A stretch of 63,533 nt of DNA, counting the filler, from Licmophora abbreviata (taxonomy: Eukaryota): the NCBI GenBank assembly GCA_900291995.1. It is 8 parts of 8 records of this genome, joined end to end, with 100 filler letters (N's around TTAATTAATTAA, not from the genome) between each part and the next. Parts side by side here need not be neighbours in the genome. Positions count along the whole stretch, not along the records: positions 55,977 to 60,221 come from OLMU01003442.1; positions 60,322 to 63,533 come from OLMU01003443.1; 6 more parts are not named here. One strand, written 5' to 3'. Both the position numbers and the translations under genes were made by a program. A model generated the notes under the pieces. The model made no database searches, had not been told where the DNA came from, and saw only the letters and a list, made by a program, of their open reading frames with translations. This document shows, one piece after another, positions 57,192 to 63,533 of the stretch (positions are counted from its first letter, which is position 1; each line of letters opens with the position of its first letter).

Positions 57192-58901
57192 CTATGGTTT
57201 GGCAACAGAAGCGTCTTCCACCTCCATCTCGGCAATTCGTTTCCGGTAGACCTTCATTTCATCATCAGTTAGCAAACAGCTGTCAAGAGCTTGCTCAATA
57301 GCCTCTTGGTCTAGATCGACGCCGATAAAGACAATTTCTTGTCGTCGATCGCCAAACTCCGTCGTCACAAAATCTTCCCGCATTACCCGCGCGTACTCCG
57401 CCGTATTGTCCACAAAGAAGTCTTTCATCTGGGATTCTGGAACCGTCGCCCACCACAGCCCTGCTTGTTGAATACCTATGTGTTTGCCGGCGTGACTCCA
57501 GTACATTGCCGTGTTATGCCTCCAAGAGTCTTCCAACAAACCTTCCCATGTAGTCGGGGCGAACCAGCAAAACCCCTTGGAACGTAGGACGCCCACGAAA
57601 GGCGACTTCTCGTCCTTCTCGTGGAACATGTCATCAACTGCAGACGGATCCTTGAGCAAAGCCATGTCGAGTTCATCTTTGACCGGCACAGGCCATTTGA
57701 AAAGCATGTCTGACAACCGTTTTACATCAAAAGGCTTGGTAGCTTCGTAGACAAAGTTGGATATGCCCAAGTCGTCTGTGCTGGTCTGCGAAGAGTGGCT
57801 GTGCGAGTGTGAGTGCGAATGAGACGTATCAACGCAGTCTGGATCAACGCATTCTGAGTGCTCGTGTGAGTGCTCGTGCGAATGTGATGCATCGTCGCAG
57901 TTCGGTTCACTGCAGGCATGATCATGAGAATGTGAATGTGAGGTATCCGTGCAGTCAGCTGTGGCGCAGTCATGATAATCGTTCGCATGCGCATGTGACG
58001 TATCGGTACAGTCTGGGTCGGAGCATTCCGTTTCGACATGGGATGTTTTCGATTGCAAGATTTCGCGTGCCGACACCTTGCCCCACGATGTCGTTATAAG
58101 GTCTGCTTTCTTGTTCAGCGACTTGGCCATGGCTGTGGCGATGTTTACTTGCTCAATGCCTGCCAAGTCCTCCTTGTTAAGGAGCAACAAATCAGCAGCT
58201 TCCACTTGCTCGGCGAGGAGTTCGACGACCTTTCGATTCGCGGTACAATCAGCATCGTCTTCAATCCATTCTTTGCGATCGCCCGCAATATCCCACGTCA
58301 TGTAATCGCTACCAAAGGTACATGCATCGACCACCGTAATGACGTTTCCCAGGGCAGCCTTGTCGGTAACGGGGAGCTTTTGCATGACGGCAGTCTTCCA
58401 GTTGTTCTGTATCGCGACCGGATCGGCGACACCAGACAACTCGACAATCACTGCGTCTAAATCTCCAGTGCTCAAGATAGTATCGATGCTTCCTATCAAT
58501 TCATCTGCCAGCGAGCAACAGGCACATCCGTTCTGGAGCTCGACGACGCCCGTGGCTGCGTTTTGTCGATTGACCAATTTGGAATCGATATTGATGGCGG
58601 CGACGTCGTTCACCACCACCCCCACTCTGATTTCTTCCTTGTTTTCCAGCACATGCTTCAAAGTTGTGGTTTTGCCACTGCCTAAAAAGCCAGCGAGCAA
58701 GTGAACCGGGATCTTACTCTTGTCTTGGGACGAAGACGCCTCGGATGTTGTCGTCTCGGGCGCGGCGAGAAAGAGCTTGTGTCTTGAGCTTGTTGAGATG
58801 AATGGCAAACTCAAGAAGGCTTGCGTAAGATATAAAGTAAGCAAGCTCAGTAGAAGCCGAAAGCGCGCAATCTTCGTGCTTCTGGATAAGGAAAATCTCA
58901 T
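57192..58901 (-). CDS. COG0523/CobW (G3E GTPase) metallochaperone with Cys/His repeats, probably plastid-targeted
   Basis: 'GFLGSGKTT', 'GCACC', 'ELSG', 'NKED', and CobW_C motifs 'LRSKGF' and 'GDRRQEIVFIG'. Signal peptide ends 'TQA-F'. Confidence 0.92.
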   Translation of the reverse strand: MRFSLSRSTKIARFRLLLSLLTLYLTQAFLSLPFISTSSRHKLFLAAPETTTSEASSSQDKSKIPVHLLAGFLGSGKTTTLKHVLENKEEIRVGVVVNDVAAINIDSKLVNRQNAATGVVELQNGCACCSLADELIGSIDTILSTGDLDAVIVELSGVADPVAIQNNWKTAVMQKLPVTDKAALGNVITVVDACTFGSDYMTWDIAGDRKEWIEDDADCTANRKVVELLAEQVEAADLLLLNKEDLAGIEQVNIATAMAKSLNKKADLITTSWGKVSAREILQSKTSHVETECSDPDCTDTSHAHANDYHDCATADCTDTSHSHSHDHACSEPNCDDASHSHEHSHEHSECVDPDCVDTSHSHSHSHSHSSQTSTDDLGISNFVYEATKPFDVKRLSDMLFKWPVPVKDELDMALLKDPSAVDDMFHEKDEKSPFVGVLRSKGFCWFAPTTWEGLLEDSWRHNTAMYWSHAGKHIGIQQAGLWWATVPESQMKDFFVDNTAEYARVMREDFVTTEFGDRRQEIVFIGVDLDQEAIEQALDSCLLTDDEMKVYRKRIAEMEVEDASVAKP

Positions 58902-59296
58902 GTTTGAAGTGTCGAGGGTATGATTGTGCCGAACGGTGTGACCACAGAGCATCGCATAGTTAAAACATCGTCAAACATCCGCACATCCACACATCAAGTT
59001 TTCAAAGTTTAACTTGAGACAAGTTTCAGGGGAGTGGGGCAGACGGTGTCGACCACAAGAGCCACACATTCTTCCACATCTTGTATCTCAATCTGCCTTG
59101 CGCCCAGAGGACAGACACACTTGGAACTTACTTCGCCACCCGCGGTGCCGGTACCCCTCCACAATTAGCGTTTCTATGTTCGTAGTTAGCAACAGCATCG
59201 TGTCTTTGAATCGTAAAACTAATGCGTTTGATCTCTAGAGCTACTAGTTGCGCGACCTGTTCTAAATCCTTCAACTGATGTACTGTGCGATCAACA

Positions 59297-61025
59297 CTAT
59301 ATGGTTGGCAGCCATATCTTGGTTTGCTTGTCAAAGGAAGTCGTCACGAATGTGTCCGTAGTCCTACTGCTGAACAAGTCTCGTACGGGATGCGTGTGTC
59401 CGCCGGCGGACTCGTCGAGCCGTTTGACAATGGACGATGACGCCACGTCCCAAATACAAACGCTCGAGTCTTCCTGTGTGTTGCCCAAAACGTATTGACC
59501 GTTGCTCGACCAGCCAATCTTAGGTTGTGAGTATCCATCGTTTGTGTGTCCTGATGTAGTTATTAAACAGAGAAGTGGTTTGAATGTTAGAACAGCTGGC
59601 TAATGCAACAGTTTATGCGCACACGATCGTGACATACCGTAGAGATTCCGAATCTGCTTTCCCGACGTGACATCCATCACCATGTTACGGGATGAGTCGG
59701 TCGCTAGCGCAATATATTTGCTTCCGTTGTTGGGAGACGTGACCATGTCCAGCACGGCAAACGAAACGTGATCTTCGAAACCTCCATTGACTCCTGAATG
59801 TCGAGGACCAACGTTAGCACAACCACGACTGCAAACAACAGATACCGCACTCAAGCACGTCGTCTATCTCGCTCACTCACCACTCGTATTGAGATGAAGC
59901 TTGGTTTGCTGAAACTCTTGTTCCAGATCAAAGCACGAGAGATACGAAGTGTTACGAACATAGCAGTACAGATAACGGCCATCGTCCGAAAAGCACAAGC
60001 TCTCGACGGCACCCTGGTGAAAGTGCAGGGACTCGACCGTCTGTACCACCTCTTCTGCAACGCCACCACCCTCATCATTGGGTGGCAACTTCGAAACGAG
60101 GATCTTGCCATCGGCAGACGCAGTGGCAAGCAGCGGGGCTGTGGGACAGAACTGCATTGCCTTTATATACTTGGTGTGCCCCTTGTGAGTCGACCGTGTC
60201 TGTGCCTGTAGCATTGAAGATNNNNNNNNNNNNNNNNNNNNNNNNNNNNNNNNNNNNNNNNNNNNTTAATTAATTAANNNNNNNNNNNNNNNNNNNNNNN
60301 NNNNNNNNNNNNNNNNNNNNNCCCCTTGGAGTCGACCGTGTCTGTGCCTGTAGCATTGAAGATGAATTTGCAGTCGTCGCTCCAACACTATCACGTCCGT
60401 ATCCAATCCAATGTACCGATCCGTCCATGCACCCAGCCGCCACCAACAAGTCACCGCTCGCTATTGTTGTAGCAGCATTCGAAAAGGCAGTACAAATCAC
60501 CGGCGCGTGACAATCGACCCGTGCCGCTTGATCCACCACAGTCTGAGTTGCCCCATCGACCGGTGCCAACGCGGGGCCCCAATAGGCGAGGGACAAGTTT
60601 CCGTCCGCACCTCCCGTGGCCAGCAACGTATCTTGCGCATTCAAACTACAGCAAAGGGGATTCGAGCTGTGGTGCAAACGCGGCAATGTAACCGCGGCTT
60701 CAGAAGGGTAAATCTTTGTACACGGAAAGGAGGGCAGTTGAGCTTGTTGCGTTCGATCCATCATCCCATCATCAGCGAACATATCCATCACAAACGAAAC
60801 ATCACTCACTCCATTTCCTGATCGTACAAAGACGTCTTGTTCGACATCATCGTCTTGGTGCATACTTGTCGCTGTCGCATCTCTTGTAGCTGAAGCCGAG
60901 CCCCTTCTATTATTTGTACTTTGGAGCTTTTCGTTGCGATACATTTCGACTTCCGCCAGAAGAGACTGATTCTGAACCGTCAGTTCCTTGACACGAAAGG
61001 ATAAATCCTTGACCTTCTGTAGCAA
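59297..61025 (-). CDS. WD40-repeat protein with N-terminal coiled coil; multi-intron, spans gap 60222-60321
   Basis: 'LLATGGADG', 'GHTKYIKAMQF..LLATASADG', 'FHQGAV', 'CIWDV' and 'GHTHPV..TSFDKQTKIW'. Introns include 60714-60809. The 5' exon is not resolved. Confidence 0.8.
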
Positions 61026-61589
61026 GACCGCATTCTCAGAGCGTGCTGTGATTGTATGTGGGTATGGTACGACGAGAAACGCGGCAACGATAGTGAGCGA
61101 TCCGACGCAGAAAACAGGCGATGGAGTGGTGTGTGGTGTCGGAAGAGGAAAAGCTATAGTTCACCGAGAGTCGAGTCGAATCGAATCGACCCGAGTCGAC
61201 GGAAGTTTTTTATCTCAGTCAGTACCTGAAGTCAGCTGATCTTCCGTGCCAAGATCTCCTAAAAGGTCCATGCTGGTGATGAATTGGACGGCAGATAAAG
61301 TGTATGTTGTCCTCGCCGGTCTCTCTGGTCTCGTCGTCTCTGATTAGACCTACGAAACTAAAAACGAACCGATTTCTGATTTCAGATTGCGATGATGCTT
61401 CTGTAAAAAAGCGCGCGCCTGCTATACGTGAAACGTACACGTAGACGGTGATGCCGAGGGCGCGCCATTTTTGATTTTGGGCATCGCACGGCATTGTTTT
61501 GTCTGTGTCGACACATCGCATTCGCATGCACTGCGAAGGACATTGATGTCAGCGTCGCTGCTCTGAGTCTTCAAGGCACTGGCGCAGCA

Positions 61590-63533
61590 ATGCAAACTCC
61601 TCTGCTCCAGGCTCAGACCGAGTCTTGGACGAATCTGCTGGGAGAAGTCGTCATTGACTTTCGCTCTTCTCGTTCGTCGTCCTTGTCGTCTTCCGCGGCT
61701 GGGTCGTCCCTTGCATCAGCGTTGCCATCATCCACGGGACTGTCGACTCTGACGTGCTCCTTGTTCGGTCCAAGAACGAAGCTCTCGCAACACTTTCCAA
61801 CACGACTGGTGCTGGAGAGAACTGTTGCGACGAAGAAGCTGTCGTCCACCATCAACACCTGACAGCAGCTGCTGCAGCTTTCGAGTGACGCCCGTCGCAT
61901 CCAGCAGGACGACCCAGCAGAGCCCGTCTTCTTCTTCTTCCTCCTCCTCTATGGATCTCTCGACCCTGAATGTTCTGTTATTGTCGTTGAAATCCTGCAT
62001 GTGGTTGCGGGATGACGCAGATCCGGGCCGACGCTTTCTCTTTCAGCCGCGCTCCAGTACCACGGCCTATCTAGTCGAGGAGATGAGCGGCATGCTGCAG
62101 ACCACCAGTATCACCCGCAAGGAGAGTCAAAGGCACAGGATGAGACAGACCAAGTCGTCGGTCATTGAAACGAAGAAGCGCCCAAGCACGGCGGCACAAA
62201 GCACTTTGGTCTGCCGCACGGCTTGGATGCACTCGCTGCCCCGAAACTCGGTCGGTACAATCATGTGCGACAGCGACTTTGAGGAGACCTACTCCGCATG
62301 CCTGGCCCGAAACGATCCATCGCCAGTCATTCTAGCCACACAAATTATACCCCTTTGGCTCTTACAAGGCAATGCCGCTACTCTGCCCACCAAATCTACT
62401 ATCGACTTCGACGACAAGACGATCGCCAGGATACGCATGTGTCTCAAAAAGCCGACCGACGATACTCTTCGGATGCTTGCGACGCTCGACGGCAAAGACA
62501 CTTCACGCCCAACAATCGACCATGCACGGCGACGACGAGACTTGGAATTGCAGGTCTTGCTTCGATTGATATATATCGCCATGTACGGAACTTCCTTTCA
62601 AGAGTGGTACTCTCACGACTTTGTCATGGAGAAACAGCAGGATGGAAAAGGTCGAAAGAAACACAAGAGGCACAAACGTCCTTGTCGTTCGACGCTTTCC
62701 CCTTGCGAGCTACTGCTTGAGCACGTGACGGACTTGCTGTCAGCGATATCCTTGTTGCTTCCGTCGACGCAACCCCTGTCGTCCTTCCTGTGTGGCGCAA
62801 TCACGCCCACCTTTTATCGATCCATTCCGGACACAATTGCGTTAATCTATGAAGTCTTCGAGGTGACGAATCCCTTTGTTGAGCGAGACAGTGACGAGGA
62901 CGACGCGATGCTGGATCTCGAAATGCTTCCTAGCCAAAAAATGTGGAAAAGACGACAGCGGCCACTGCAACGCCCAAGCCAGAACCCGCCGCCATGGCTC
63001 CACCACCACCGTCGACACCCCACGTCAGCTTTGTCGACGAGAATTCTTGGATGCGACAATCGGTTGCATTAACGACCTCAAAAGCGACAAAGAACCCACT
63101 TCTCTCCACCTCCAAGCCCAAGTATGTTGCGAGTCATTTCAATACCAAGCTCTCCAACATTAACAATTTGTTCCGGGAAGCGTCCGTCAATCGGCGCGCA
63201 CCGCCTCCGTCGGCACCACGGCCGCGTCACGGTGCAGCACTGAACCGAGTCACGCCCACGAGTCGAACCCCGACATGGACTCCGTCGTTGAAGCAGAGCC
63301 ACAATAGGACAGCGCGCCGACCAAGCATCGTGTCGGAGACACCAATGAAGCGATCCCGGGAACCAGCATTGTCGAAATACACGAAGAACGACAGCAGGCG
63401 TCCGATAACTCGGCTTGTATCGGAAACGCCTTGCAAGCCGATCGGTGGTATGACTCGTTCGCGCACCTCGCTACCTTCCTTTGCATCGGAGTCTCCCCTC
63501 ACACCCACTCTTGGCGAATCCCAGAGCAGCTTG
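61590..63533 (+). CDS. Probable Treslin/Sld3 (TICRR-like) replication-initiation factor; two apparent frameshifts, runs off the window
   Basis: 'ELQVLLRL', 'VTDLL', 'LSSFL' and 'SIPDTI..IY' recall the Sld3/Treslin domain. The downstream frame has paired VSETPxK CDK motifs. Confidence 0.6.

Noticed and set aside
61860..62013. In-frame TGA followed by a protein-like reading (possible selenocysteine or readthrough)
   Set aside because: That frame stops again after about 50 codons, no SECIS was seen, and the +1 frame continues into the conserved region. An indel is the simpler explanation.
1..63533. tRNA, rRNA, transposase or reverse-transcriptase sequences
   Set aside because: None was recognised by eye. 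tRNAscan-SE, Infernal and RepeatMasker would be needed to exclude them.

Overview
Gene-dense eukaryotic nuclear DNA (GC roughly 50-55% by eye) with short GT-AG introns, most consistent with a diatom, probably pennate. This is inferred from signal peptide + 'A-F' plastid-type presequences, RxL/RRLQ propeptide motifs, P-S/T-x-x linkers and a TTAGGG tract. The scaffold is eight contigs joined by seven artificial 100-nt N/TTAATTAATTAA/N linkers, and it has several probable single-base assembly errors. About 30 genes are present, mostly housekeeping: MFS and amino-acid transporters, a kinase, TyrRS, Mpo1-like, CRAL-TRIO, ARL2, two DnaJ, a sulfotransferase, TenA, a thioredoxin, UPRT, GNAT, RPN9, COQ9, NIFK/Nop15, COG0523 and WD40. 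The main discovery is a ~16 kb same-strand cluster (14.8-31.0 kb) of four paralogous single-pass membrane proteins. They carry 1, 1, 3 and 2 copies of a ~160-aa beta-rich domain I cannot name, two SEA-like modules (three with an RxL cleavage-type loop), one TM helix and unrelated disordered tails. Other points of interest are a probable Treslin/Sld3 orthologue with paired CDK sites, a double-length pseudo-dimeric TyrRS, a COG0523 GTPase with C-x4-C-x-D-x-S-H-x-H repeats, and a telomere-type tract at a contig end. All family calls come from motif recognition by eye; no searches were run.
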